Below, in pieces: positions 1 through 9,995 of a DNA stretch of 59,153 nt. The DNA comes from Anaerolineae bacterium (GTDB lineage Bacteria > Chloroflexota > Anaerolineae > Anaerolineales > Villigracilaceae). Within the stretch, counting starts at the first letter, position 1. Each line of letters opens with the position of its first letter. Under the pieces are notes generated by a model. That model did no database searches. It saw only the letters and a program-made list of their open reading frames with translations, and had not been told where the DNA came from. The stretch spans positions 1 through 59,153 of the forward strand of contig JABGQV010000091.1 of assembly GCA_018648655.1 (NCBI GenBank), read 5' to 3'. The position numbers and the translations under genes are program-made.

Positions 1-383
1 GGAATCGAACCCGCGTCCGAAAAATTCGAGCCTCGAATATCTACGAGCGTAGCTAATTGATGAACGTCACCAGAGAATTCTCAATTAGCAGGAAATTTCT
101 CCAGTCAGCCACTAGGACCCGAAAGCCCTCTTTCACATAGTTAATGGCATCGTATGTGGCACTTCGCTTTTGCGTCGCCCGATCCTATGACCCAACGAAG
201 AAGGGTAAAGGGGGGCGCGGTCTACTATGAGACCGGACCGCTAGACTATCGCTTATGCAGCGAGAGGCATAGCAGCGTAAGGTGTGCGTTTGGCACTTAA
301 ATGTTGCGCTGATTTTACGAGTAACGGCGCACCCTCGGCTCGCAATTCGGAATCAGCCTTCCCCGTCGAAGCCTGTCATCCCC
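1..383 (-). ncRNA. ssrA: tmRNA (ssrA), 3' end truncated by the window edge
   Basis: The reverse complement of 361-383 reads GGGGATGACAGGCTTCGACGGGG, the canonical tmRNA 5' end. The reverse complement of 1-20 reads TCGGACGCGGGTTCGATTCC, the T-arm of the tRNA-like domain; the acceptor 3' strand and CCA lie outside the window. Tag reading frame on the minus strand, 294..253: GCC AAA CGC ACA CCT TAC GCT GCT ATG CCT CTC GCT GCA TAA = AKRTPYAAMPLAA*. Confidence 0.85.
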
Positions 384-485
384 GTTGCTTTTGGATTATA
401 GCACGAAGTAGATTTCGTGCAAAACTTACCAAAATTTATGAGAGTGTTATACTTTGAAAAACTAATTCTATAAAAGGAATATCTA

Positions 486-2060
486 ATGAAAAAAGACTTT
501 CTTTGGTGGCGAGATGGGATTATTTATCAAATCTACCCGCGCTCTTTTAACGACATCAATAATAATGGATTAGGAGACCTTGCAGGCATCACTGCGCGTC
601 TCGATTATCTCGCCGATCTTGGCGTAGATGCCCTTTGGCTCTCACCCTTTTACCCCACCCCAGATGCCGATTTTGGCTACGATATTAGCAATCATATAGA
701 TGTGGATCCACGTTTTGGTTCACTACAGGATTTTGATGACCTCCTGCACGCAAGTCATGAGCGTGGAATTCGAATCATCCTTGATTTAGTCTTGAATCAC
801 GTTTCCAATCAGCATCCCTGGTTTCAACAGTCGCGCGTTGATTCTTCTAATCCCAAAGAAGATTGGTTCATTTGGCAGGATTCTATCCCCAATAACTGGG
901 AATCTGTCTTTGGTGGCAAAGCCTGGACTTATGATGAGAAGCGTGAACAATATTATTACCATATGTTCGTCAAAGAACAGCCCGATGTGAATTGGCGCAA
1001 CCCTGAAGTACGCAAGGCGCAAATGGATGTTTTACGGTTCTGGTTAGAGCGCGGTGTAGATGGTTTTCGGCTGGATGTTTTCAACGTCTATTTCAAAGAT
1101 AAAGAATTACGAAATAACCCTAAAAAGTGGGGGCGTAGAGCCTTTGAACGCCAGCATCATATCTATGATGGCGACCAACCAGAAATGGAATCTGTGCTAA
1201 AAGAAATGCGCAGCATAATGAATGAATATCCTGACCGTTATGTGGTCGGAGAAACTTTTTTTGCAACGCGTGAAAAGATTATCCGCTATAACGGTGCCGA
1301 TAAATTAAATGCCGCTTTTGATTTTGAATTTTTATGGAGTAAATTTAAACCCAAAAAATTCTTGAAAGCAATAGAAAATTGGGAGAGCCTTGCTGAAGAA
1401 ACACAGATATTCCCCAATTATGTGTTGAGCAATCACGATTCTCCACGCCCGGCTACGCGTTATAGTAAAAGTGAAGATGATGATCGTGCAAAAGTGATTA
1501 TGGCTATGCTGCTCACTATGCGTGGCACCCCTTTTCTTTATTATGGTGATGAAATTGGGATGCGAGATATATCTTTGAAACGTAGCGAGATTATGGACCC
1601 GCCTGGCATAAAATATTGGCCCTTCAATAAAGGGCGCGATGGTTGCCGCTCACCCATGCAGTGGGATGATTCTGTAAATGCTGGTTTCTCAAAAGAAAAA
1701 CCTTGGTTACCAGTGCACTCTAATTATGAACAACGTAATGTGGCTCTACAAGAGAAAGATGAAGATTCGATTTTTAATTTCACACGTGATCTTATTGCTC
1801 TTCGTAAAGCAAATAAAACCCTAATAAGTGGGAAAATCATCATTCCTTCAAAAATGCCATATAAGATAATGTCTTATATACGTGAGGATGGTGACGAGAA
1901 AATTTTGGTTATATTAAATTTTAGTAATAGAAAAAGAAAAATAGATTTACCCGTGGGAGAGTCTTGGCATATTCTTTTTTCAAAGCATGAAAGAGAAGGA
2001 AAAGCAGAGAAAGAAATGATGCTTTTGCCCTATGAAGTGCTTTTCTTAAAAAATTCTTAA
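486..2060 (+). CDS. GH13 alpha-glucosidase / oligo-1,6-glucosidase family protein
   Basis: 524-aa ORF. N-terminus WWRDGIIYQIYPRSFNDINNNGLGDLAGITARLDYLADLGVDALWLSPFYPTPDADFGYDISN, plus DLVLNH, GVDGFRLDV and SNHDSPR, all typical GH13 subfamily motifs. AAGGA lies upstream of the ATG. Confidence 0.85.
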   Translation: MKKDFLWWRDGIIYQIYPRSFNDINNNGLGDLAGITARLDYLADLGVDALWLSPFYPTPDADFGYDISNHIDVDPRFGSLQDFDDLLHASHERGIRIILDLVLNHVSNQHPWFQQSRVDSSNPKEDWFIWQDSIPNNWESVFGGKAWTYDEKREQYYYHMFVKEQPDVNWRNPEVRKAQMDVLRFWLERGVDGFRLDVFNVYFKDKELRNNPKKWGRRAFERQHHIYDGDQPEMESVLKEMRSIMNEYPDRYVVGETFFATREKIIRYNGADKLNAAFDFEFLWSKFKPKKFLKAIENWESLAEETQIFPNYVLSNHDSPRPATRYSKSEDDDRAKVIMAMLLTMRGTPFLYYGDEIGMRDISLKRSEIMDPPGIKYWPFNKGRDGCRSPMQWDDSVNAGFSKEKPWLPVHSNYEQRNVALQEKDEDSIFNFTRDLIALRKANKTLISGKIIIPSKMPYKIMSYIREDGDEKILVILNFSNRKRKIDLPVGESWHILFSKHEREGKAEKEMMLLPYEVLFLKNS

Positions 2061-2097
2061 TAGTACTTAAAATGCTGTCGTAATAAAGGAAATTTAG

Positions 2098-3600
2098 ATG
2101 AAAAAATATATCGCTTCAATAGACCAAGGAACCACTAGTACTCGCTTTATGGTTTTTAACCATGCCGGTGAAGTGGTAGCACTTGATCAAAAAGAGCATA
2201 AACAAATTTATCCTAAACCTGGTTGGGTAGAGCATGATCCACTTGAGATTTGGGTACGGACACATGAGGTGATAGCGGGCGCATTAAAAAAGGGTGATAT
2301 TGATGCTAATGAAATTGCTGCAATTGGAATCACCAATCAGCGAGAAACAACAGTTGTTTGGGATAAGAATAGTGGTGAGCCACTTGGCAATGCGATTGTT
2401 TGGCAAGATACGCGTACGGATGAGATTTGTAAGGAATTAGCGGAGGAGGGCGGGCAAGATCGTTTACGTGCAAAAACGGGATTACCTTTAGCCACTTATT
2501 TTTCTGGCCCAAAAATTAAGTGGATTCTAGATAGCATTGATGGCGCACATGCCGCAGCAGAGCGCGGGGAATTACTTTTTGGCACAATGGATACGTGGAT
2601 TATCTGGAATTTGACAGGGGAACATGTTACCGATGTAACCAATGCCTCACGTACTCTACTCATGAATTTAGAAACGCTTGATTGGGATGAGGAATTGCTT
2701 TCACTGATGAATATCCCCCGTTCGATGATGCCAGAAATTCGCTCCTCGTCTGAAATTTATGGGCATGTGGAAATGGGTCCTATTGCACTGGGTGGTGTAT
2801 TTGAAGGTATGCCCGTTGCGGGAGACCTTGGCGATCAGCAAGCCGCCCTTTTTGGGCAGACTTGCTTCAATGCAGGTGAAGCTAAAAACACCTACGGTAC
2901 TGGATGCTTTATGTTGCTCAATACAGGGGAGAAACCTGTCCCATCAGAATCAGGTTTGCTGACTACGCTGGGATATAAAATTGGCGACCAACCTGCTATA
3001 TATGCTCTCGAAGGTTCAATAGCCATTACTGGCGCACTTGTGCAGTGGTTGCGTGATAATTTGGGTATCATCGAAAATTCATCTGATGTAGAAGAATTAG
3101 CAAAAAGCGTCGAGGATAACGGCGGGATTTACTTTGTCCCCGCCTTTAGCGGACTTTTTGCTCCTTATTGGCGTAGCGACGCACGTGGCGCGATTGTCGG
3201 GATGACGCGTTACGTCAACAAAGGGCATATTGCTCGTGCCACTCTCGAAGCGACTGCTTTCCAAACCCGCGAAGTTTTGGATGCAATGGAAAAGGATTCT
3301 GGTGTGAAATTGACTGCCCTAAAAGTAGACGGTGGGATGGTCTTCAACGAAGTGCTGATGCAATTTCAGGCTGATATGCTCGATGTTCCCGTTATCCGCC
3401 CGAAGGTTGCCGAGACAACGGCTCTCGGCGCGGCTTACGCAGCGGGACTCGCTGTCGGATTTTGGGATAATTTTGACGAACTTCGTGCCAACTGGGGACG
3501 TGATAAAGAGTGGAAGCCCAAAATGGATATTGAAAAAAGTGAGGAACTCTACAAAGGTTGGAAGAAGGCTGTCACGAGAACTTTTGATTGGGTAGAATAA
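2098..3600 (+). CDS. glpK: glycerol kinase
   Basis: 500 aa. [40 protein letters not shown] and KVDGGM are FGGY-family glycerol kinase hallmarks along the full length. Confidence 0.95.
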   Translation: MKKYIASIDQGTTSTRFMVFNHAGEVVALDQKEHKQIYPKPGWVEHDPLEIWVRTHEVIAGALKKGDIDANEIAAIGITNQRETTVVWDKNSGEPLGNAIVWQDTRTDEICKELAEEGGQDRLRAKTGLPLATYFSGPKIKWILDSIDGAHAAAERGELLFGTMDTWIIWNLTGEHVTDVTNASRTLLMNLETLDWDEELLSLMNIPRSMMPEIRSSSEIYGHVEMGPIALGGVFEGMPVAGDLGDQQAALFGQTCFNAGEAKNTYGTGCFMLLNTGEKPVPSESGLLTTLGYKIGDQPAIYALEGSIAITGALVQWLRDNLGIIENSSDVEELAKSVEDNGGIYFVPAFSGLFAPYWRSDARGAIVGMTRYVNKGHIARATLEATAFQTREVLDAMEKDSGVKLTALKVDGGMVFNEVLMQFQADMLDVPVIRPKVAETTALGAAYAAGLAVGFWDNFDELRANWGRDKEWKPKMDIEKSEELYKGWKKAVTRTFDWVE

Positions 3601-3928
3601 GTGTTTTAAATTCAAGGGAGGAGGCTTCATCTTAGTACAGGATTGTTGGAGTGAAGCTCGAAATTTCCGTTTAACTTATTATTGCCAATCTGCCTTGCCT
3701 CATTATTAAGTGTAGCGACAGAAATATTTGAATGATTTTTCTTCTGTTAGGATATTTAAGTCCGTCATTTCAGGGATAGATAAATAACTCTCTAGGGAAG
3801 GACTGAGTTCCATAAATCAAGTATCTTGTTTTGTTATGCGATATGAAAGCAAGTTGTAAGGATAAAGGACAGAAGAATAATATATAATGTCAAAAAGGTT
3901 AGAAATGCTAATCTAAAAAGGAGATATT

Positions 3929-4348
3929 ATGTCTAAAAAAGCAAAAGTGTTCTCTGTAGTTGTTTTATTTCTACTCATGTTGAGTTCCTTTCCCTCTGTA
4001 GCATTAGCTAGTGTGCTTGTCCCACCTCCAGAGCCAAAACAACCAGCTAGATTTGCAGAAGTTGATTCGACAAATTTTGTCCTTCTTAGTGCCACTTATG
4101 CCCAAAAAGGGCCTGTATTTACCTTCCAAGTTAACGGGCATGTGAGCAAAGCAGACCTTCGTGCGGCTACGTTCAGCACATCATCTAAAGATTTTGCCCT
4201 TAATTGCGTACAAAAGAGTGAAACCACCGTGATTTGCTCAGCCCCCAAAAGTACTGCTGGGTTGAGTGGTTATATTTATATAGCAGGTTTTGGGACTTGG
4301 GTTAGTGTCCCCGAGGCTCGTGATTTTATTCAACCAGCTATTAGCTAA
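3929..4348 (+). CDS. small secreted hypothetical protein (signal peptide)
   Basis: 139 aa. Strong SD (AAAGGAG) 7 nt upstream. N-terminal signal-like VFSVVVLFLLMLSSFPSVALA. Followed by a strong terminator. No recognisable domain. Confidence 0.6.
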   Translation: MSKKAKVFSVVVLFLLMLSSFPSVALASVLVPPPEPKQPARFAEVDSTNFVLLSATYAQKGPVFTFQVNGHVSKADLRAATFSTSSKDFALNCVQKSETTVICSAPKSTAGLSGYIYIAGFGTWVSVPEARDFIQPAIS

Positions 4349-4360
4349 ATATGTAAATAC

Positions 4361-4396
4361 AAAAGGCGAGGCAATAATATTATTGCCTCGCCTTTT
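4361..4396. terminator. bidirectional intrinsic terminator between convergent genes
   Basis: Perfect hairpin AAAAGGCGAGGCAATAA-TAT-TATTGCCTCGCCTTTT with A/T runs on both sides. Confidence 0.75.
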
Positions 4397-4443
4397 ATTA
4401 TTTGTATTGCTAGATATGAAAGGAGTTAGGGGAAATAGGGTGG

Positions 4444-5178
4444 CTAAAATAAAACTCTGCCAATCATTAAAAAACCAACTCCAACCAATGTAATAGCAAC
4501 TACCATGCGTAATTTTTCATGGGGAAGGCTATGTGCTATTTTTGCCCCAAAAATCACACTCAGAGATTGAACTATCCCCAAAGTTAGCCCTAAGGAAAAA
4601 TCGATTTCACCATATAATATAAATCCAATGGTAGCAAAAATTGCAATAGGGAGTTGAATGGCCTGGCTGATTCCTACGGCCACCAGTGGCATAAATTGTA
4701 ATAAAAGCAAGATAGGTACAAGTAAAACAGGACCTCCCGTGCCGGTCAGCGATGAGCCAAAACCAACTCCAAGCCCAATTAAAATACGTGTAATTTTATT
4801 TAAAGTTTGTCTAGGCTGGGCATTTGTCTTTTCTTTTGTCAGTGCATTATATCCAGAAAAGGTAATTAAAATGGCTAGGATTACGGTTAGCACTGTGCCA
4901 GATAAAATTGTATTTACTTTTGCTCCTAAGAGCGTAGCTGGAATAATGCCAACACTAATCCATAAGACCTGATTCCAGTCTATTGATTTTTGACGAGCAT
5001 AAATTACCACCCCTACCACACCTGTGAATAAAAAACTAAAACTGCTGCTTGCTTGGGCAATATGCAATTCTGTACCGACAAAAAACATCAACAAAGGGGT
5101 TAGCAAAATCCCCCCAACGCCAACTGTACCAATTAAAGTACCGCTTATCAAACCGATTAGAATAATTTTTATTAACAA
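4444..5178 (-). CDS. TauE/SafE family sulfite-exporter-like membrane protein
   Basis: 244 aa, about 7-8 hydrophobic helices. Gly-rich motifs GTVGVGGILLTPLL and GLGVGFGSSLTGTGGPVLLVP are typical of the TauE/SafE (DUF81) family. Confidence 0.8.
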   Translation of the reverse strand: MLIKIILIGLISGTLIGTVGVGGILLTPLLMFFVGTELHIAQASSSFSFLFTGVVGVVIYARQKSIDWNQVLWISVGIIPATLLGAKVNTILSGTVLTVILAILITFSGYNALTKEKTNAQPRQTLNKITRILIGLGVGFGSSLTGTGGPVLLVPILLLLQFMPLVAVGISQAIQLPIAIFATIGFILYGEIDFSLGLTLGIVQSLSVIFGAKIAHSLPHEKLRMVVAITLVGVGFLMIGRVLF

Positions 5179-5284
5179 GTTCTTTACCCTTTAAGTTTTT
5201 TCTTCAGATTAAGTATTATCAAGCTATCTGCTACAATAACTACAAAATAGTTTAACCTATCAATATTATGGAGACAAGTGAAAA

Positions 5285-6283
5285 ATGAGTATTCTTGACC
5301 AAATTGGAAATACCCCTTTATTAAAACTTAACCGAGTTAATGATATGTCAGGCGTGGAGATTTACGTTAAATGTGAATTTATGAATCCTGGCGGAAGCAT
5401 CAAAGACCGCATGGCCTTATGCATGATTGAAGAAGCTGAAAAACGTGGAGACTTAAAATCGGGTGGGACGATTGTTGATCAGTCTACTGGAAATACGGGC
5501 CCAGCATTATCATTTGTGGGGGCAGTGAAAGGTTATAAGGTTCAATTATTTTTACCAGCAACGCTTTCCAGTTCTTATAACCCTGCTGATCGCATTCGGA
5601 TTGCGCGCTTATATGGATGTAGTGTGACATCGATTAATTTGGATGAACACATAAAGAATATAGATGAACTTAGTGATGTGGAAAGATCAGCATCCTTTGT
5701 CGCAGTTCGTATGGCGCAATGCTATAAACTGCAAGAAAGTGATCCATCCATCTGGTGGTCGAATCAATTAGGAAATGTAGATAATACAAAGGCGCACCGA
5801 GAGCAAACGGGAAGAGAAATTGCTGAGCAGATGGATGGGAAAATTGATGCGTTCGTTGCTTCGATCGGCACAGGAGGTACACTGATGGGCGTGGCGCAGG
5901 CCTTGAAGGAAAAACATCACGACATAGTCGTTTCCGGCGTTGTGCCCACTGATGACCCCCGTATTCAATGGATTCAGTCTCGGGCAGTGCATGATGCACT
6001 CGAAAAATTTGGTGCGCCAAGATTGAGATTTTTAATCGAGGATGTGCTTGAGCAAAATATTATGGACAACGAGATTGTGGTTCGTAATGAGGATGCTAAA
6101 AATATGGCAGATCGATTATGTAAAGAAGAAGGTTTATTCTGTGGCATGTCATCTGGAGCAAATGTTCATGCAGCAATTGAGATGGCAAAAACGATGAAAA
6201 AAGGTTCAAAAATCGTAACGGTTTTGGTGGATCGGAGAGATAGGTATTTCGCAGAATACCCCAATGAGCATTACGTAGTTTGA
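5285..6283 (+). CDS. cysteine synthase-like PLP-dependent (fold type II) enzyme
   Basis: 332 aa. GNTPLLKL, NPGGSIKDR (PLP lysine motif), STGNTG and GTGGT loops. It carries an insertion relative to classical CysK, so specificity is unclear. Confidence 0.8.
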   Translation: MSILDQIGNTPLLKLNRVNDMSGVEIYVKCEFMNPGGSIKDRMALCMIEEAEKRGDLKSGGTIVDQSTGNTGPALSFVGAVKGYKVQLFLPATLSSSYNPADRIRIARLYGCSVTSINLDEHIKNIDELSDVERSASFVAVRMAQCYKLQESDPSIWWSNQLGNVDNTKAHREQTGREIAEQMDGKIDAFVASIGTGGTLMGVAQALKEKHHDIVVSGVVPTDDPRIQWIQSRAVHDALEKFGAPRLRFLIEDVLEQNIMDNEIVVRNEDAKNMADRLCKEEGLFCGMSSGANVHAAIEMAKTMKKGSKIVTVLVDRRDRYFAEYPNEHYVV

Positions 6284-6408
6284 TTTAAATCAGACAAGAA
6301 GTTTTTCATTTAAACGGAAGCCAGCCCAATATCTCGTGTGAAAGGGACTATAATGGGGAGCAGTATAAACTATTTGACCATAAGCTATCAAACCAAGAGA
6401 CCAATCCT

Positions 6409-7686
6409 ATGCTTATCCATTCTGCAACCCAACTCCTCACCATTGCTGGCGGCCCCCAACGTGGGCGCGACCTTGGCGAACTCGGCATCATCGAAGATGG
6501 TGCTATTCTTATTCGTGAAGAAAAAATTCACGACATCGGCACAACACAGGAACTGCGCGAAAAATATCCCGATGAGCCCACTCTAGACGCTTCTGGTTCT
6601 GTTCTCATGCCAGGATTTGTAGACCCGCATACCCATCTTATTTGGAGCGGAGATCGTGCAAAGGAATTTGAGATGCGTCTGGAAGGAGCACATTATTTGG
6701 ATATCCTCAAAGCCGGCGGCGGGATACTCTCAACAGTACGGGATACTCGAAAAGCATCGATTGAATCGCTCTTATCTCAAACCCGCTCCCGTTTAATGCG
6801 CGTTTTCTCGACTGGTACAACTACCGCTGAAGCAAAAACTGGCTATGGGCTGCAAACTGCCACCGAATTAAGAATGCTCAAAGCCCTTCTCACCCTCGAT
6901 CATGAAGGGCCTCTCGAACTTTCTATCACCTTTTTGGGCGCACATGCCATTGCCCCAGAATTTAAAGACGACCCTCAGGGATATACAGATCATATTATTG
7001 AAACGATGCTGCCCATCGTGAGTGAATGGTGGGAAACGCACGCTCCGCGCAGAAAAAACAAACCCTTTGTAGATGTTTTTTGCGAAACTGGTGCATTCGA
7101 TTTGGCGCAATCTCGTCAGATCTTAGAGAAAGCAGTAGCACTTGGCTTCCCACTCAAAATCCATGCAGATGAATTCGATAATCTTGGTGGGGCAAGTTTG
7201 GCGGCCGAATTAGGCGCAGCATCAGCAGACCACCTTGTAGTTACATCTGATCAAGATATAGAGAATTTAGCGAATTCAGAAACAGTAGCTGTTTCATTGC
7301 CCTGCACTCCCTTTGGCTTGGCGCATTGCGAATATACTCCCGCACAAAAAATGCTTGATGCGGGCGTGATCCTTGCCCTTGCCACAGATTGTAATCCTGG
7401 TACTGCCTGGACAGAATCAATGCAATTTGCACTCGCCCTTGCCTGTCGAAATATGAAACTCACCCCTGCTCAAGCGATTGTAGCCTCAACGATTAATGCC
7501 GCCTACGCCATTCGTCGTGACGATAGGATTGGCTCGCTCGAAGTTGGCAAACAAGCAGATATGCTGATGCTCTCCGTGCCAGACTATAGGCAGCTTGGTT
7601 ATCGATTTGGCACAAATCTTGTTAAAAAAGTTATTAAGCGCGGGCGCATTTATTCGGTAGACGTAGGCTATTATCAAACAGCTTAA
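6409..7686 (+). CDS. hutI: imidazolonepropionase
   Basis: 425 aa amidohydrolase. PGFVDPHTHLIWSGDRAKEFEMRLEGAHYLDILKAGGGILSTVRDTR, KIHADE and ATDCNPG match HutI-type motifs. Confidence 0.85.
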   Translation: MLIHSATQLLTIAGGPQRGRDLGELGIIEDGAILIREEKIHDIGTTQELREKYPDEPTLDASGSVLMPGFVDPHTHLIWSGDRAKEFEMRLEGAHYLDILKAGGGILSTVRDTRKASIESLLSQTRSRLMRVFSTGTTTAEAKTGYGLQTATELRMLKALLTLDHEGPLELSITFLGAHAIAPEFKDDPQGYTDHIIETMLPIVSEWWETHAPRRKNKPFVDVFCETGAFDLAQSRQILEKAVALGFPLKIHADEFDNLGGASLAAELGAASADHLVVTSDQDIENLANSETVAVSLPCTPFGLAHCEYTPAQKMLDAGVILALATDCNPGTAWTESMQFALALACRNMKLTPAQAIVASTINAAYAIRRDDRIGSLEVGKQADMLMLSVPDYRQLGYRFGTNLVKKVIKRGRIYSVDVGYYQTA

Positions 7687-7797
7687 TAGCTGTAATGCTC
7701 TAGATTAGTAGCTCTAATATATTTCAGATATGATATAGACAATAAAAAAAGGTACTCATTAAACTTTTTTCTATCACTTTATATACAAGGAAAAAAA

Positions 7798-8625
7798 ATG
7801 AAAATAGCATTTATTGGTTCAGGAGCAATGGCAGGTGCAATGATAGTGGGGCTATTACGCGAAAATTTGGCAAAACCAGAGAATCTCTTTGCCAGCGATA
7901 CGCGTGAAGAACGCGGTGAAGAATTACGTGAAAAATATGGCGTTATTCCCTTTACTAATAATCTTTCCGCTATAAAAAATGTGGATGTAGTTGTTCTCTC
8001 CATCAAGCCACAGCGATTAAGCGGCGTATTAGAAGAGTTGAAAGGGAATATCCCTGCAGATGCCCTAGTCTTGTCGATTATCGCAGGGGCAACGATAGAG
8101 AAAATTGGCACGGGGTTGCAGCACGGGAAAATTGTTCGTACCATGCCAAATACGCCCGCAAGAATCGGGGAGGGCATCACGGTTTGGGTTGCGTCCGATG
8201 CGGTTTCTTCATCCCAAAAAGAGCAGGCGCAGAAAATCCTATCTGCACTCGGTGAAGATGTTTTTGTTGAAGATGAATATTATCTCGATATGGCAACTGC
8301 ACTTTCTGGCTCTGGGCCCGCTTATGTTTATATGTTTATGGAAGCGATGATTGATGCAGGTGTTCATATGGGTTTTCCACGCCGTATCTCAGAGAAATTA
8401 GTTACTCAAACTATGCGTGGTTCGGTTAATTTTTATGAGAGAAATGATATGCATGTTGCTGCCTTGCGCAATCAAGTCACATCTTCGGGGGGCACATCGG
8501 CTGAGGCTCTGTATTATCTCGAAAAGGCTGGTATTCGTACAGCTATTTCACGCGCAATTTGGGCCGCTTATCAGCGTTCTTTAGAGCTGGGAAGAGAGAA
8601 AAAAGAGCATGTGCCAGAAGAGTAG
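7798..8625 (+). CDS. proC: pyrroline-5-carboxylate reductase
   Basis: 275 aa. MKIAFIGSGAMAGAMI (Rossmann), SIKPQ, VRTMPNTPARIGEG and SSGGTS are P5CR hallmarks. AAGGA SD. Confidence 0.9.
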   Translation: MKIAFIGSGAMAGAMIVGLLRENLAKPENLFASDTREERGEELREKYGVIPFTNNLSAIKNVDVVVLSIKPQRLSGVLEELKGNIPADALVLSIIAGATIEKIGTGLQHGKIVRTMPNTPARIGEGITVWVASDAVSSSQKEQAQKILSALGEDVFVEDEYYLDMATALSGSGPAYVYMFMEAMIDAGVHMGFPRRISEKLVTQTMRGSVNFYERNDMHVAALRNQVTSSGGTSAEALYYLEKAGIRTAISRAIWAAYQRSLELGREKKEHVPEE

Positions 8626-8715
8626 ATTTCTTTTCAAGTAATAGAAACTCTCGAAGGACTAAAGTTCACGTTTGAAGCGTTTTTTTTGATATACTCTGTT
8701 TATAAGGAGAATAAT

Positions 8716-9801
8716 ATGAATAAAAAAGTATTTCCTCTCATTCTTTTAATGGCATTAAGTCTTTCAGCATGTGGCACAGCAACACCAACGGCCACTGCTG
8801 TGGCAACAGAAGAGCCTCCTACAGCTACTCTTTTAGCTGCTACTGAAGCGCCTACAGAAGTTCCCCTCGTAACAGAGACACCTCTGGTTACGGCTATCCC
8901 AGTAGATCCTCCAACTTCTGCGCCAACAGCAACACTCCCTCCGCCAGTGAATGCAGCAGACTGCACTAACTTAGGGAAGTTTATCTCCGATGTTACTATT
9001 CCTGATAATAGCGAAGTAAATATTGGTGAAGCTTTTACTAAAATATGGCGTATTCAGAATACAGGCACCTGTATTTGGTGGGAAGGATATTCAGTGGCAC
9101 ATTATTCAGAAGGCTCTTTTGACGCAGCTGAGACAACCCCTTTGCCACGCACTAATCCTGGAGAAACAGCAGATATTTCTGTTGATTTAGTGTCCCCTGA
9201 ACTGGCTGGTTTTTACCGTGGGAACTTTGTAGTTCAAAACCCACTTGGGCTATATATGGAGATTGAAGGTGATTCTCGTTTATGGCTTATTTTTAATGCC
9301 GTCGATAATGGTGAAATCATTGTTGAAGCCACATCAACTCTTGCTGCAACAGCTCCTGTTGTTGCAGAGACAGTGGAAGTGGCTGCTTGTGAAGCCGTTC
9401 TTGAAGATACACGACTTGATGGCGTCTTTGCCTCTGTTAATACCTATAGGGTAGAGAATGGTTTGACACTTTATCCTATTAATCAGGCTTTATCAGATGC
9501 TGCTCAGGCTCATGCTGTGGATATTGCCTGCAATAATCTTTTTGTGCATACAGGTTCTGATGGTTCTACCGCTCAAGAGCGTGCAACTGCGGCAGGATAT
9601 ACATTTTCTGTTACAGAAAACGTGTATGGAAGTAATCCTCCGCTTACGCCTGAAGGGGTGAAAGAGTGGTGGAGACTAGATACGGTAGACCCCACCCATG
9701 GTGAGAATCTTCTTAGCACCGAATATACTGAAATGGGGATTGGTTATGCCTTCTTTGATGGTTTCGGCTATTATGTAGCCGTCTTTGGAAAAGGGGAGTA
9801 G
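8716..9801 (+). CDS. secreted lipoprotein: Thr/Pro linker + Nbr1-FW-like domain + CAP/SCP domain
   Basis: Start moved to ATG 8716 (AAGGAG SD; the track start 8686 lacks one). Lipobox LSLSACG. Nbr1-FW-like FTKIWRIQNTGTCIWWEGY...GFYRGNF. CAP-like C-terminus HTGSDGSTAQERATAAGYT...MGIGYA. Confidence 0.75.
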   Translation: MNKKVFPLILLMALSLSACGTATPTATAVATEEPPTATLLAATEAPTEVPLVTETPLVTAIPVDPPTSAPTATLPPPVNAADCTNLGKFISDVTIPDNSEVNIGEAFTKIWRIQNTGTCIWWEGYSVAHYSEGSFDAAETTPLPRTNPGETADISVDLVSPELAGFYRGNFVVQNPLGLYMEIEGDSRLWLIFNAVDNGEIIVEATSTLAATAPVVAETVEVAACEAVLEDTRLDGVFASVNTYRVENGLTLYPINQALSDAAQAHAVDIACNNLFVHTGSDGSTAQERATAAGYTFSVTENVYGSNPPLTPEGVKEWWRLDTVDPTHGENLLSTEYTEMGIGYAFFDGFGYYVAVFGKGE

Positions 9802-9995
9802 AGATTTTCAGCAAATAGTATTCAGCTTTTTGTAAAAAATAAAAATTGCCATGTCTTTTTCGGGGAAGGGCAAGGCAGTTTTTCTTTAAGCTATACTCAT
9901 GAAGTGATTTTCTGAAATTCAATAAATTTAACCCACGTAAAATAAGTATCAAGTTATACAAGAAAACTTTTCACTCTCTTTTCACCCTTAAACTT

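Noticed and set aside
1-485. Genomic island or prophage integrated at the tmRNA gene.
   Set aside because: The 3' end of ssrA, where integration occurs, lies outside the window. The visible flank (the GH13 gene) is ordinary.
6409-7686. hutI without hutH, hutU or hutG, considered as a sign of a novel pathway.
   Set aside because: Scattered hut genes are common, and the flanking genes are unrelated housekeeping genes. Nothing in the sequence itself is unusual.
8760-8950. Periodic ACN/CCN-rich DNA here and at 14690-14890, 33790-33900 and 58900-59000, considered as possible tandem repeats or a CRISPR-like array.
   Set aside because: These are in-frame Thr/Pro-rich linkers of secreted or membrane-anchored proteins. 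There are no conserved direct repeats with unique spacers.
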